Assembly (NCBI GenBank): GCA_035708105.1
Contig: DASSTG010000007.1
Location: forward strand, 31,838 to 95,837
Length of the DNA: 64,000 nucleotides
Reading direction: 5' to 3'
Source of the DNA: Solirubrobacterales bacterium
GTDB lineage: Bacteria > Actinomycetota > Thermoleophilia > Solirubrobacterales > 70-9
The position numbers were made by a program, and so were the translations under genes. Shown piece after piece: positions 26,845 to 35,982 of this stretch (the stretch's first letter is position 1; the number at the start of each line of letters is the position of its first letter). The notes below the pieces were generated by a model. It saw only the letters and a list, made by a program, of their open reading frames with translations. It was not told the DNA's origin and did not search any database.

Positions 26845-27005
26845 TTTCCTGCTGCCTACGGGGTTAGCTGACGGGCTCGTGTTCGCCGTGTGCTGCGGCT
26901 CTCACTACGGGCGGCTCGCCGCCCGATTCGCCCCGGCCGCGCCTGGCGCGGCAAGTGGGTCCCCCGCTCCCCAGCGCGTGGCGCGAGGGACTCGGCAGGT
27001 CGTTT
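26845..27005 (-). promoter_or_regulatory. c-di-AMP riboswitch (ydaO-yuaA class) in the rlpA-like leader
   Basis: The minus strand reads ...GAGCGGGGGACCCA (plus 26956-26965) ... GGGGCGAAUC (26925-26934) ... CCCGUCAGCUAACCCCGUAGGC (26854-26870). These are the most conserved ydaO segments in the right order. A closing helix CCUGC...GCAGG is possible. This gene class is a known actinobacterial ydaO target. Confidence 0.8.
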
Positions 27006-27153
27006 AGCTCGTTCTCAGGCAGAACACGCTAGGGCGGTCCGAGGAGTGCAGATGTGAGCGGACGCACACATGTGGAGCTTGCAAGATTCCCGCCAGATTC
27101 GGCTCCACAAGCGCTTCGGCGCCCTCCTGCCCGTTCTGGACACCTGTGCGAAC

Positions 27154-28626
27154 ATGTCTGCGGTGACCAAACCGGAACGTCTCAGCGGCCTCGACACCTC
27201 CTTCCTGCACCTGGAGCGCTCCGGCGCCCACATGCACGTCGCCTCGGTCAGCATCTTCGCCGGCGAGGCCCCGACCCACCGCGAGTTCCGCGAGCACATC
27301 GCCTCGCGCCTGCACCTGGTCCCGCGCTTCCGCCAGAAGCTGCGGTTCGTGCCGCTCGACCAGGGCCGGCCGGTCTGGGTCGACGACCCCCACCTCAACC
27401 TCGATTACCACGTGCGCCAGACCGCGCTCCCCGCCCCCGGCTCCGACGAGCAGCTGCGCAACCTCGCCTCGCGGATCTTCTCCCAGCAGCTCGACCGCTC
27501 GAAGCCGCTCTGGGAGCTGTGGCTGGTCGAGGGCCTGACCGATGACCGCTTCGCAATCGTCGGCAAGAGCCACCACGCGCTCGTCGACGGCGTCTCCGGC
27601 GTCGACATCACCACCGTCCTCTTCGACCTCGACGCCGAGCCGCAGGGCACGCCGGACAGGCCGCCGCCGTGGCTCGCCTCGCCGGAGCCGACCGACATGC
27701 AGCTGCTCTCCGAAGCGCTGAGGGAGCGGCTGACCAGCCCGAAGGAGATCTACCGTGGTTTCCGAGCCGCGCTGCGCGGCCCGCGCCAGGTCCTGCGCGG
27801 GGTCGGCGCCACCTCGAAGATGGTGACCGCCGGGATGTCGGCGCCGAGCAGCGTCTTCAACGTCGAGATCGGGCCCCACCGGCGCTTCCAGATGACCCAG
27901 GCCGACCTCGGCGACCTGAAGCGGGTCAAGGACGCCCATGGCGGCACGGTGAACGACGTGATCCTCTCGATCGTCGCCGGCGCCATCGGCAAGTACCTGC
28001 GCGCCCGCGGCCACGACACCGAAGGGCTGGAGCTGCGGGCGATGGTTCCGGTCAGCGTCCGCGCCGACGAGGAGCACGGGGCCCTCGGCAACCGGATCAC
28101 GGCGATGATGGCGCCGCTGCCCGTCTGGTGCGAGGACCCGGTCGAGCGGCTGCAGCTGATGACCCGCGAGATGGGCGACCTGAAGGCCTCGGGCCAGGCG
28201 GTCGGCGCCGAGATCCTGACCAAGCTGACCGACTTCGCCCCCTCGACGATCGCCTCGCAGGCGGCCCGCCTGCAGCCCGCCCAGCGCTTCTTCAACCTCG
28301 TCGTCACCAACGTGCCGGGGCCGCAGTTCCCGCTCTACGTGCTCGGCCGCAAGATGGAGTCGATCTTCCCGATGGTGCCGCTGGCCCGGCGCCAGGCCCT
28401 CTGCGTCGGGATCATGTCCTACAACGGCCAGGTCAACTTCGGCCTCGTCGGCGACTACGACGCGATGGCCGACCTCGACAGCTTCGCCCTCGACCTCGAG
28501 GCGGCAACCGCGGAGGCGATCGCCACCGCGCCGAAGAAGAAGGCGAAGAAGGCAGGGGCAAAGGCAAAGGCCGCCGCAGGTTCGCGCAACGGCTCGGCCC
28601 CGGTCGCCGCCGAGTCCCGCTCCTAG
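27154..28626 (+). CDS. Wax ester synthase / acyl-CoA:diacylglycerol acyltransferase (WS/DGAT)
   Basis: Active site SHHALVDGVSG (HHxxxDG), N-terminal LSGLDTSFLHLE, and NVPGP plus the SYNGQ block in the C-domain. Confidence 0.9.
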   Translation: MSAVTKPERLSGLDTSFLHLERSGAHMHVASVSIFAGEAPTHREFREHIASRLHLVPRFRQKLRFVPLDQGRPVWVDDPHLNLDYHVRQTALPAPGSDEQLRNLASRIFSQQLDRSKPLWELWLVEGLTDDRFAIVGKSHHALVDGVSGVDITTVLFDLDAEPQGTPDRPPPWLASPEPTDMQLLSEALRERLTSPKEIYRGFRAALRGPRQVLRGVGATSKMVTAGMSAPSSVFNVEIGPHRRFQMTQADLGDLKRVKDAHGGTVNDVILSIVAGAIGKYLRARGHDTEGLELRAMVPVSVRADEEHGALGNRITAMMAPLPVWCEDPVERLQLMTREMGDLKASGQAVGAEILTKLTDFAPSTIASQAARLQPAQRFFNLVVTNVPGPQFPLYVLGRKMESIFPMVPLARRQALCVGIMSYNGQVNFGLVGDYDAMADLDSFALDLEAATAEAIATAPKKKAKKAGAKAKAAAGSRNGSAPVAAESRS

Positions 28627-28648
28627 CAGCGGTAGGCGGTTCCCTCCC

Positions 28649-30037
28649 TCAGCGGACGATCCGCCCGCTGATTTCGAACGGCAGTTCGTCGGTCAGGTAG
28701 AGCCAGTCGAGGCGCCGGGCGCTGAAGCCCCTCGCCCGCCCGTCGGCGTTGACCACGACCGCCGTGATCCGCTTGAACCGCCGCGGCCGCGGGAGGCGCA
28801 CCGTCAGCCGCCCTCCCCCGCCCCGGTAGGCGATACGGGTGACCGGCCGCCCGTGGCGCTCGCTGCCGATCCGGCCGACCAGCGCCAGCCCGGCGGCGGT
28901 GCCGCGCGGTGCGGCCAGGTGGACGACGACCGCTCTGCCGCGGTCCGCGTGCACCCGCAGCAGCTGGAAGGTGGTGTGGTTGAGGACCCGGGTCAGGGGA
29001 TGGCCGCTCAGCGGAAGATGTCCCTGGCGCTGGACATCGGGGTAGAGGTAGCTCTCGCGGAACCCCCTGCCGGTCCGCCACTCCGGCAGGGCGGCGGCGA
29101 AACGGGTGAAGTCGTGGCTGAAGTCGGAGGGGCCGGCCGCGCGGATCGCCCGTTCGTAACTGGCGACGGCGAAGCCGCCGGGCTTGGCGTGGATCGCGCC
29201 CGCCCAGGCCTTGCGGATGATCGCCTCGCCGTAGCGGCGCGCCAGCCACTGATTCCAGACGGCGCTGCCGTACATCTTGATCGAGCTCGTCGTCAGCGGG
29301 GTTTCCCACAGCTTCACCCAGCGGCGGACGTAGCGCAGGTAGTCGTCGATCCCGTTGTAGACCTGATCCTCCATCCAGACCGCGGTGGACTCGGCGAACC
29401 ACGGGTCCTGGTAGGCGTCGTAGCCGAACTGGAGGATGTGGTTGTACTCGTGGGCGAAGGTGACCTCGAGGTCGTTGATCGGCTTCGTGTGCGGGAACTC
29501 GAAGGCGCTGTAGTCGTTGTCGAGGACCAGGTAGCCGTGCAGGCGCCGCGGGATCCGGTGCTGCCTGTTCGCCTGACCGCGGTCGGGTGCCGCGTAGCCG
29601 AACAGTTCGCCGCCGATCTCCGAGAGGTAGACGTCGGTCTTGCCGTTGCGGCCGCCCATCCGGCCGTCGCTCCGCGGCTCCCTCCAGCCGAGCTTTTCGT
29701 TCTCGATTTCGTGGACGTGTTCGGCCACCTTCAGCACCCGCTCGACGAAGTCGGGGATGCCGCCGCCGTCTTTGTCGCTGAGATTGGGAGCGTCGAGCCC
29801 CTGATCCACCCAGTGGACGCAGAAGTGGCGCGAGCAGGCGGGCGAGTTCTTCGCCTCCGGCACCGAGTAGGCGTTGCGATTGGGGTCCGGGTCGTCGGTC
29901 GGCCGCGACCTCTCTTCGGTCGGCCGCGCCTGCGGCATGATGAACGGCTTCCGGGCCGCCTGGGCAGCAGGGGACGCGGCGAGGGCCAGGAGCAGCACCG
30001 CCGACGTGGTACCGGCCAGGTGGCGGCGGTTCCGCAT
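28649..30037 (-). CDS. Secreted putative zinc metalloprotease (HExxH)
   Basis: Signal peptide MRNRRHLAGTTSAVLLLALAASPAAQA. HFCVHW block and Zn motif TFAHEYNHILQF. The overall layout recalls the MXAN_6640-type putative metalloprotease family (from memory, unverified). Confidence 0.7.
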   Translation of the reverse strand: MRNRRHLAGTTSAVLLLALAASPAAQAARKPFIMPQARPTEERSRPTDDPDPNRNAYSVPEAKNSPACSRHFCVHWVDQGLDAPNLSDKDGGGIPDFVERVLKVAEHVHEIENEKLGWREPRSDGRMGGRNGKTDVYLSEIGGELFGYAAPDRGQANRQHRIPRRLHGYLVLDNDYSAFEFPHTKPINDLEVTFAHEYNHILQFGYDAYQDPWFAESTAVWMEDQVYNGIDDYLRYVRRWVKLWETPLTTSSIKMYGSAVWNQWLARRYGEAIIRKAWAGAIHAKPGGFAVASYERAIRAAGPSDFSHDFTRFAAALPEWRTGRGFRESYLYPDVQRQGHLPLSGHPLTRVLNHTTFQLLRVHADRGRAVVVHLAAPRGTAAGLALVGRIGSERHGRPVTRIAYRGGGGRLTVRLPRPRRFKRITAVVVNADGRARGFSARRLDWLYLTDELPFEISGRIVR

Positions 30038-30099
30038 GCATCATCAACCCTACCGGCGGCCGAAAGTACCTCCGGGGATGCAGACGGGATACTTCGGGT

Positions 30100-31782
30100 A
30101 TGAGCGCCGCGATGCGCCTCGCCCTCGCCCAGATCAACCCCACCGTCGGCGCGATCGACGCCAACGCCGCCAAGGTCGCGGAATGGATCGGCCGCGCCCG
30201 CGCAGAGGGAGCCGAGCTGGTGATCTTCCCCGAGCTCTGCATCCCCGGCTACCCGGCCGAGGACCTGTACCTGAAGCGGCACTTCCTCGCCGCCAACCGA
30301 CGCGCGGTCGAGGAGCTGGCAAAGGAGACGAGCGGGATCACCGCCCTGGTCGGATTCGCCGAGCCCGCGGCCGAGGACGACGACGCCCGCCGCGCCCACA
30401 ACTCGGTCGCGGTGCTGGGCGACGGGGTGGTGCAGGCGGTCTATCGCAAGAACCGACTCCCCAACTACGCCGTCTTCGACGAGCAGCGCTACTTCCTCAC
30501 CGCCGCCGAGCCGCTGACGATCGAGGTCGGCGAGGAGAGCGTGGGCCTGACGATCTGCGAGGACGTCTGGTTCCCCGGCGGTCCGGCGCAGGCCGAGGCC
30601 GAAGCCGGCGCGCGGCTGATCGCCAACCCCTCCGGCTCCCCCTACCACCGCGGCAAGGGCCGCGAGCGCGAAGAGATGTTCTGCGAGCGCTCGCGCGCCT
30701 ACGGCGCCTATTTCGCCTTCTGCAACCTGGTCGGCGGCCAGGACGAGCTCGTCTTCGACGGCCAGAGCCTCCTCACCGCCCCCGACGGCTCGGTGATCGC
30801 CCGGGCGGCGCAGTTCGAGGAGGAGCTGCTGGTCTGCGAGATCCCGCCTCCCTCTCCCTGCGGCCTCGCCGGGCCGCTCGCCGACCTCGACGAGGTCTAC
30901 GGCGCGCTCGCGCTCGGCCTCGGCGACTACGTCCGCAAGAACGGCTTCCGGCACGTCGGCGTCGCCCTCTCGGGCGGGATCGACTCGGCGCTGGTGGCGA
31001 TGCTCGCCGCCGACGCCGTCGGGCCCGAGGCGCTCTCCTGCGTCGTCATGCCCTCCCCCCACTCCAGCGGCGAGACCCAGCAGGACGCCCGCGACATCGC
31101 CGCCAACCTCGGCTGCGAGCTGATCGAGATCGCGATCGAGCCGATGATGGCCGGGTACGAGCAGGCGCTCGACGGGCTGATGCGACCCGAGGAAGAGCCC
31201 TCGCAGGGCGAGGACGAGCCGCCGCGCGACCCGGCGCGCCCCTCCGAACCGGATCTCGCCGCGGAGAACATCCAGGCGCGGATCCGCGGCAACCTGATGA
31301 TGGCGCTCTCCAACCGCCACGGCTGGCTGGTGCTGACGACCGGCAACAAGAGCGAGATGTCGGTCGGCTACGCGACCCTCTACGGCGACATGGCCGGCGG
31401 CTTCGCGGTGATCAAGGACGTGCCGAAGCAGCTGGTCTATGAGCTGGTGCGGCGGCGCAACGAGCGGGCCGGGCGCGAGCTGGTCCCGGCGAGCGTGCTC
31501 GACCGGGCGCCCTCGGCGGAGCTGCGCCCCGACCAGCGCGACGAGGATTCGCTGCCGCCGTATGAGCTGCTCGACCGCATCCTCGAGAGCTACGTCGAGC
31601 GCGACGAGGGCCGCGAGGAGATGATCGCCGCCGGCATGCCGGCCGAGACCGTCGACGAGGTGATCCGCCTGGTCGACCGCGCCGAGTACAAGCGCCGGCA
31701 GGCGGCGCCGGGGATTCGGATCACGCCGAGGGCGTTCGGCAAGGACCGCCGCCTGCCGATCACGAACAGGTTCGGCGGGTAG
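30100..31782 (+). CDS. nadE: Glutamine-dependent NAD+ synthetase
   Basis: N-terminal nitrilase/CN-hydrolase domain (FPELCIPGYPAEDL ... ICEDVW). C-terminal synthetase with SGGIDS PP-loop. Confidence 0.95.
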   Translation: MSAAMRLALAQINPTVGAIDANAAKVAEWIGRARAEGAELVIFPELCIPGYPAEDLYLKRHFLAANRRAVEELAKETSGITALVGFAEPAAEDDDARRAHNSVAVLGDGVVQAVYRKNRLPNYAVFDEQRYFLTAAEPLTIEVGEESVGLTICEDVWFPGGPAQAEAEAGARLIANPSGSPYHRGKGREREEMFCERSRAYGAYFAFCNLVGGQDELVFDGQSLLTAPDGSVIARAAQFEEELLVCEIPPPSPCGLAGPLADLDEVYGALALGLGDYVRKNGFRHVGVALSGGIDSALVAMLAADAVGPEALSCVVMPSPHSSGETQQDARDIAANLGCELIEIAIEPMMAGYEQALDGLMRPEEEPSQGEDEPPRDPARPSEPDLAAENIQARIRGNLMMALSNRHGWLVLTTGNKSEMSVGYATLYGDMAGGFAVIKDVPKQLVYELVRRRNERAGRELVPASVLDRAPSAELRPDQRDEDSLPPYELLDRILESYVERDEGREEMIAAGMPAETVDEVIRLVDRAEYKRRQAAPGIRITPRAFGKDRRLPITNRFGG

Positions 31783-31791
31783 CCCGGTCGG

Positions 31792-32202
31792 TTATCGCGG
31801 CCTGGGCCTGACCGCAACAGTCATGCGGGCGAGGGCGCAGAGCTTGCCCTCGTCGTTCAGCACCTCCGCCTCCCAGATCCAGGTGGTGCGCCCGCGGTGG
31901 CGGACTTTGGCGCGGACCTCCACCGCCCCATCGGTCACCGGGCGGATGAAGCTGATGTCGATCGACTGGCCCATCGCCGCCAGGCCCTCCTCGTAGACGG
32001 CGCCCGCGGTCGCCCGCGAGCAGACGCTCTCGACCAGGGTGGACATCACGCCGCCGTGCATGAGGCCGAAGGGCTGGCGCAGCTCGTCGCGGACCTGCAG
32101 CCGCACCCGGGCGTCGTCGGGGTCGTCGCTGAGCCACTCGGTCCCGACCAGCTCGTCGAAATGGAGAGCCTTAACCTCAGCATCGTCGTTCACGCTCCGC
32201 AC
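31792..32202 (-). CDS. PaaI-family hotdog-fold thioesterase
   Basis: 136 aa. The QPFGLMHGGVMSTLVES block is typical of PaaI/YbgC-type hotdog thioesterases. Confidence 0.8.
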   Translation of the reverse strand: MRSVNDDAEVKALHFDELVGTEWLSDDPDDARVRLQVRDELRQPFGLMHGGVMSTLVESVCSRATAGAVYEEGLAAMGQSIDISFIRPVTDGAVEVRAKVRHRGRTTWIWEAEVLNDEGKLCALARMTVAVRPRPR

Positions 32203-32222
32203 CCTAATAGGCTTCCGGTCCG

Positions 32223-33137
32223 GTGGCGCTCTCCGACGACCAGAAGGCGATCCTGCGACTGCTCGCGCAGCGCGGTGAGCAGGGGTATGACGATCTCGCG
32301 GCCCTGATGGGCATCTCCGTCGCGGAGGTCCACTCGCGGGCCCAGAAGGCTGCCGCCGAGCTCGAAGCCGAAGGGATTCCGGCTCCTTCTATTCCGGCGC
32401 CTGGGGCATCGCCCCCCGATACGCCGAAGGCGCCCGCTCGACCAAGCAAACCCGAGCCGGTCGAGCCGATTCCTCGTCACGAGCGGGGACGCAGTCCCAA
32501 AGAGATCGTGCGGGAGGCGAAGCTGCTGGAGAAGAGGGGGTTGTGGGCGGTCCTGGCGGGGGTTGCGATCGTGGTCTTGTTCGTGGTGATCCTGCTGGTC
32601 AGCGGCGGTGGCGGCGGCTCGGGCTCGAGCGGCACCACGACTACCACCGCTGACAAGGAAGCCAACCAGGCGCTCGAAGAAGCGGCCGCGAAACAGGGCA
32701 AAGAAGTCACCAAAGCGGTCCTCAACCCGGTCGACGGCGGCGAATCCTCTGGTCTCGCCGTGTTCGGGCGGGTGAAGAAGAAGCTGGCCCTCCAGGTCTT
32801 CGCCCAGGGCCTCGAAGCCACCGGCAAGAGCGACGCCTACACGATCTGGCTCGCCGCCTCGGAAGCGAAAATGCTGCCGCTCGCCTCGACCCCGGTCGGA
32901 AAGGACGGCAAGATCAGCGCCCAGGTCGAAGTCCCGGTCGAAGTGCTGGCCTACCTCGCCAACGAAACCTTCAACCAGATCACGATCACCAGGACGGACG
33001 ATTCGCAGCTGGAAGCCTCGCTGGCGAAGGCGACCAGGGAAAAGAAGGCGCCCGTCTACACCGGCACCGCTGTCCTGCGCGGCGCTGTCACCGGCCCGAT
33101 CGTCGGCGCCGCCTCCCGCGAAAAAGAAGGCAAGTAG
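32223..33137 (+). CDS. Single-pass membrane protein with N-terminal HTH-like segment and extracytoplasmic RskA-like (anti-sigma-K C-terminal) domain
   Basis: GTG start. N-terminus LSDDQKAILRLLAQRGEQGYDDLAALMGISVAEVHSRAQKA resembles sigma-70 region 4. Pro-rich linker, TM helix LWAVLAGVAIVVLFVVILLV, then ...AYTIWLA...MLPLASTPVGKDGK, like RskA C-domains. Confidence 0.6.
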   Translation: MALSDDQKAILRLLAQRGEQGYDDLAALMGISVAEVHSRAQKAAAELEAEGIPAPSIPAPGASPPDTPKAPARPSKPEPVEPIPRHERGRSPKEIVREAKLLEKRGLWAVLAGVAIVVLFVVILLVSGGGGGSGSSGTTTTTADKEANQALEEAAAKQGKEVTKAVLNPVDGGESSGLAVFGRVKKKLALQVFAQGLEATGKSDAYTIWLAASEAKMLPLASTPVGKDGKISAQVEVPVEVLAYLANETFNQITITRTDDSQLEASLAKATREKKAPVYTGTAVLRGAVTGPIVGAASREKEGK

Positions 33138-34775
33138 CTACCCGGGCAGGAGCTTGCCGGGGTTCATGATCCCCGTGGGATCGAACTGCTGCTTGGCCGC
33201 GCGCAGCACCTCGATCCCCGTCTTCCCCACCTCGGCCTCCATGTAGGGGGCGTGATCGCGGCCGATCGCGTGGTGGTGGGTGATCGTGCCGCCCTGGGCG
33301 ACGATCGCCTCCGAGGCGGCGCGCTTGACCGCCGCCCACTGCTCGAGCTCGGCGCCGCGGCGGGCGCGGGAGACGAAGGTGAAGTAGAGCGAGGCGCCGT
33401 CGGCGTAGGCATGGGAGAGATGGCAGAAGACGAGGCCGGGAGTGCCCTGCTCGCCGAGCGCGCCGCGGATCGCGGCACCGACCGCCCGGTGCAACTCGCC
33501 GAAGCGGCTCCAGGTGTGGGAGGTCTCCAGCGTCTCCACCATCGCTCCCATCGCCATCAGGGTGTCGCGGAGGTAAGGGCCCTGAAAGCGGCCGCGCTCC
33601 CAGGCGCGCCCTGCGCTCTGTCCGAGGTAGGCGGCGCTGCCCGCACGGAGGCCGCGGACCGTCAGCGCCCGCCGACGCGCGACCGACTCCTCGTCGCCCT
33701 CGAAGCCGGCGATGACGAGGGCGCAGCCGCGGCGGCCGCGCAGGCCGAGGTAGCGGTCGAAGAGACGGCCGCCGAGGCCGCGCGGACCGGAGAGCGCCAG
33801 CGTCCCCTCGGTCTCCTCCTCGTCGGAGACGCGGATGATCTCCGGCAGGCCCGGCCCCTGCGCCAGCGCCCGCACGATCTCGGAACCGGCCTCGAAGCTC
33901 TCGGCCATCCAGGCCTCGTAGCGCTTGACCGCCGGCGCCGGCCGCACCCGCACCGTCACGTCCGGGATCACGCCGAGCACTCCCTCGGAGCCGATCACCA
34001 GCTCGCGCAGCGCCGGGCCGGCGGCCGTGTGCGGGGTTTCCAGGGTCTTCAGCTCGCCTGCGGGGGCAAGCAGGCGCACGGAGGCGACCAGCGCGTCGAA
34101 GCGGCCGTAGCCGCTCGAGGCCTGCCCGGCGGAGCGGGTCGCGGCGAAGCCGCCGATCGTCGCGTACTCGAAGGACTGCGGGAAGTGGCCGAGGGTGAGG
34201 CCGTGGCGCCCAAGCGCCGCCTCCGCCTCGGGACCCCGCAGCCCGGCGCCCAGCCGCACGGTCAGCGAGCGCTCATCCACCTCGACGCCGCCCAGGGCGG
34301 CGAGGTCGAGGCTGATCAGGCGGCCGTGCGAGCCCCGCAACGGCTCGACGCCGCCGACGACGCTGGTGCCGCCTCCGAAGGGGACGATGGCGATGCCCTC
34401 CGCGCGGCAGACATCGATTACGCGCCGCAGCACTTCGGCGTCAGGCGGCATCACAACAGCGTCTGGAGCTGCCTCCAGCGCCCCGTTTCGCAATCGAGCC
34501 AGATCGACATATCCGCGTCCGGTCGAGTGGCGCAAGCGGTTCTCGTCATCCGTGAAGACGTTCTCCCCTCCCACCGCATCGACCAGCGCTCGCGGCAGCG
34601 CCTCCGCCGCCGGCACTTCGAACTCCTCGAGCTCCCGCGCCAGCGGCCATGGCTTCAGCTCCCCGATTCGCTCCCGCAACACCCGCAGCGCCTCGCCGTC
34701 GAGCGCCGGCCCAACCGACGGGTCCCCCCACCCCCACCACTTCGCATCCCTCCGCGGGAACTGGCGATTCGTCAC
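33138..34775 (-). CDS. FAD-linked oxidase, alkylglycerone-phosphate synthase-like
   Basis: GTG at 34775 overlaps the upstream stop (GTGA). N-terminal KWWGWGD motif. FAD-binding PCMH domain (VVMPPDAEVLRRVIDVCRAEGIAIVPFGGGTSVVGG). C-terminal ITHHHAIG. Confidence 0.85.
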   Translation of the reverse strand: MTNRQFPRRDAKWWGWGDPSVGPALDGEALRVLRERIGELKPWPLARELEEFEVPAAEALPRALVDAVGGENVFTDDENRLRHSTGRGYVDLARLRNGALEAAPDAVVMPPDAEVLRRVIDVCRAEGIAIVPFGGGTSVVGGVEPLRGSHGRLISLDLAALGGVEVDERSLTVRLGAGLRGPEAEAALGRHGLTLGHFPQSFEYATIGGFAATRSAGQASSGYGRFDALVASVRLLAPAGELKTLETPHTAAGPALRELVIGSEGVLGVIPDVTVRVRPAPAVKRYEAWMAESFEAGSEIVRALAQGPGLPEIIRVSDEEETEGTLALSGPRGLGGRLFDRYLGLRGRRGCALVIAGFEGDEESVARRRALTVRGLRAGSAAYLGQSAGRAWERGRFQGPYLRDTLMAMGAMVETLETSHTWSRFGELHRAVGAAIRGALGEQGTPGLVFCHLSHAYADGASLYFTFVSRARRGAELEQWAAVKRAASEAIVAQGGTITHHHAIGRDHAPYMEAEVGKTGIEVLRAAKQQFDPTGIMNPGKLLPG

Positions 34776-35224
34776 GTCAGGGCTCTTTCGATGCCGTCCA
34801 GAGCTTCGTCGAGGATCTCGCGGCGGGCGTGGCGCATCAGGGGAGAGCCGAGCTTCGACATCCCTTTCAGCGCCTGCTCCTCGGTCAAGCTGACGGCGGT
34901 GCCGCCGTCGCGTTCGCGCAGACCGATCTCGACCCGCAGCGCTTTCAGGTGGCGCTCGAACGGGGTCCCCTCCAGCTCCTGCTCCCAGACGTAGCGCTCG
35001 CGCTCGGCTGAGCTGACGCAGCGAAAGTCGGCCCGCACTCCGCGCCCCTCCGCCGTCTGCAGCACCTTCGTCCACTGCGTCCGCTTGCCGCCGGGCTTCA
35101 GGTCGACGTTCTCGACCCGCGCCGTCCGCGGCCACCAGCGCGGCAAGCTGTAGGGGTCGGAGACGAGCTTCCAGACGTCGCCCGGGGACGCGTCGACGGT
35201 GCGCGTGCGGGTGACGCGGGCCAC
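34772..35224 (-). CDS. SRPBCC (START/polyketide cyclase-like) ligand-binding protein
   Basis: 150 aa. The N-terminal pattern VDASPGDVWKLVSDPYSLPRWWP is typical of the SRPBCC fold. Confidence 0.75.
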   Translation of the reverse strand: MARVTRTRTVDASPGDVWKLVSDPYSLPRWWPRTARVENVDLKPGGKRTQWTKVLQTAEGRGVRADFRCVSSAERERYVWEQELEGTPFERHLKALRVEIGLRERDGGTAVSLTEEQALKGMSKLGSPLMRHARREILDEALDGIERALT

Positions 35225-35233
35225 GGAGGGTGC

Positions 35234-35980
35234 TCAGTCGCCGGCGAGCCGGCGCAGGTCCCGGACCAGGAGCAGGTGCTTGAGGTGGGAGACGGTCGCC
35301 GCCAGGCTTTCCAGGCTCTGCAGCGCCTCCTTGCGGCGCTCCGGGTTGCGCGAGCGCAGCGAGGGCCCCAGCAGCGCTTCCAGCAGGTTCGCCTCGCGGT
35401 CGGCCGAGGAGCGGAAGACGCGCAGGTTGCGGGCGCCGACGCCGACCCGGGAGAGCTCGCCGGCGGCGCGGACGATCTCGCGGTCGGTCTCGTCGTAGAC
35501 GGTCCTGCCCTCGCGCTTCTCCGGCTGGACGATCCCGTAGTTCTCGAGCTCGCGGATCAGCTCCTCCCGGGCGCCGGTCTCCTCGACGATCTCCTCCAGG
35601 GTGAGGTAGGCGCGCGAGGTGTCGACCAGGATCGCCCGCCGCACCGCCCCGGTAGCCGGCTTGCGCTCGCCATCGCCGCCCAGCACCACGTCACCGCCGG
35701 CCGCCAGCTCCTGGCGGATCACCCGCAGCGGCAGGAACTCGTCCCGTTGCAGGCGCAGGATCGTCCGCAGCCGTTCGACGTCGGACTGGCTGTAGAGGCG
35801 GTAGCCGCCCGAGGTCCGGCGCGGGCTCAGGAGCTTCTGGTCCTCGAGGTAGCGGATCTTCGAGATCGAGACGTCGTCGAACTCGTTCTGGAGGATCTTG
35901 CAGACGGCGCCGATCGTCAGCGCCTTCCGCGGCCGGCTCGGCGAGTCGGCGCCGCGCCCCGTCTGTTCGGAGACGGTCAT
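35234..35980 (-). CDS. MerR-family transcriptional regulator (FtsR-like by position)
   Basis: ATG at 35980. MerR HTH LTIGAVCKILQNEFDDVSISKIRYLEDQKLLSPRRTSGGYRLYSQSDVERL. Lies directly downstream of the GarA-like FHA gene, as in other actinobacteria. Confidence 0.85.
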   Translation of the reverse strand: MTVSEQTGRGADSPSRPRKALTIGAVCKILQNEFDDVSISKIRYLEDQKLLSPRRTSGGYRLYSQSDVERLRTILRLQRDEFLPLRVIRQELAAGGDVVLGGDGERKPATGAVRRAILVDTSRAYLTLEEIVEETGAREELIRELENYGIVQPEKREGRTVYDETDREIVRAAGELSRVGVGARNLRVFRSSADREANLLEALLGPSLRSRNPERRKEALQSLESLAATVSHLKHLLLVRDLRRLAGD

Positions 35981-35982
35981 CC

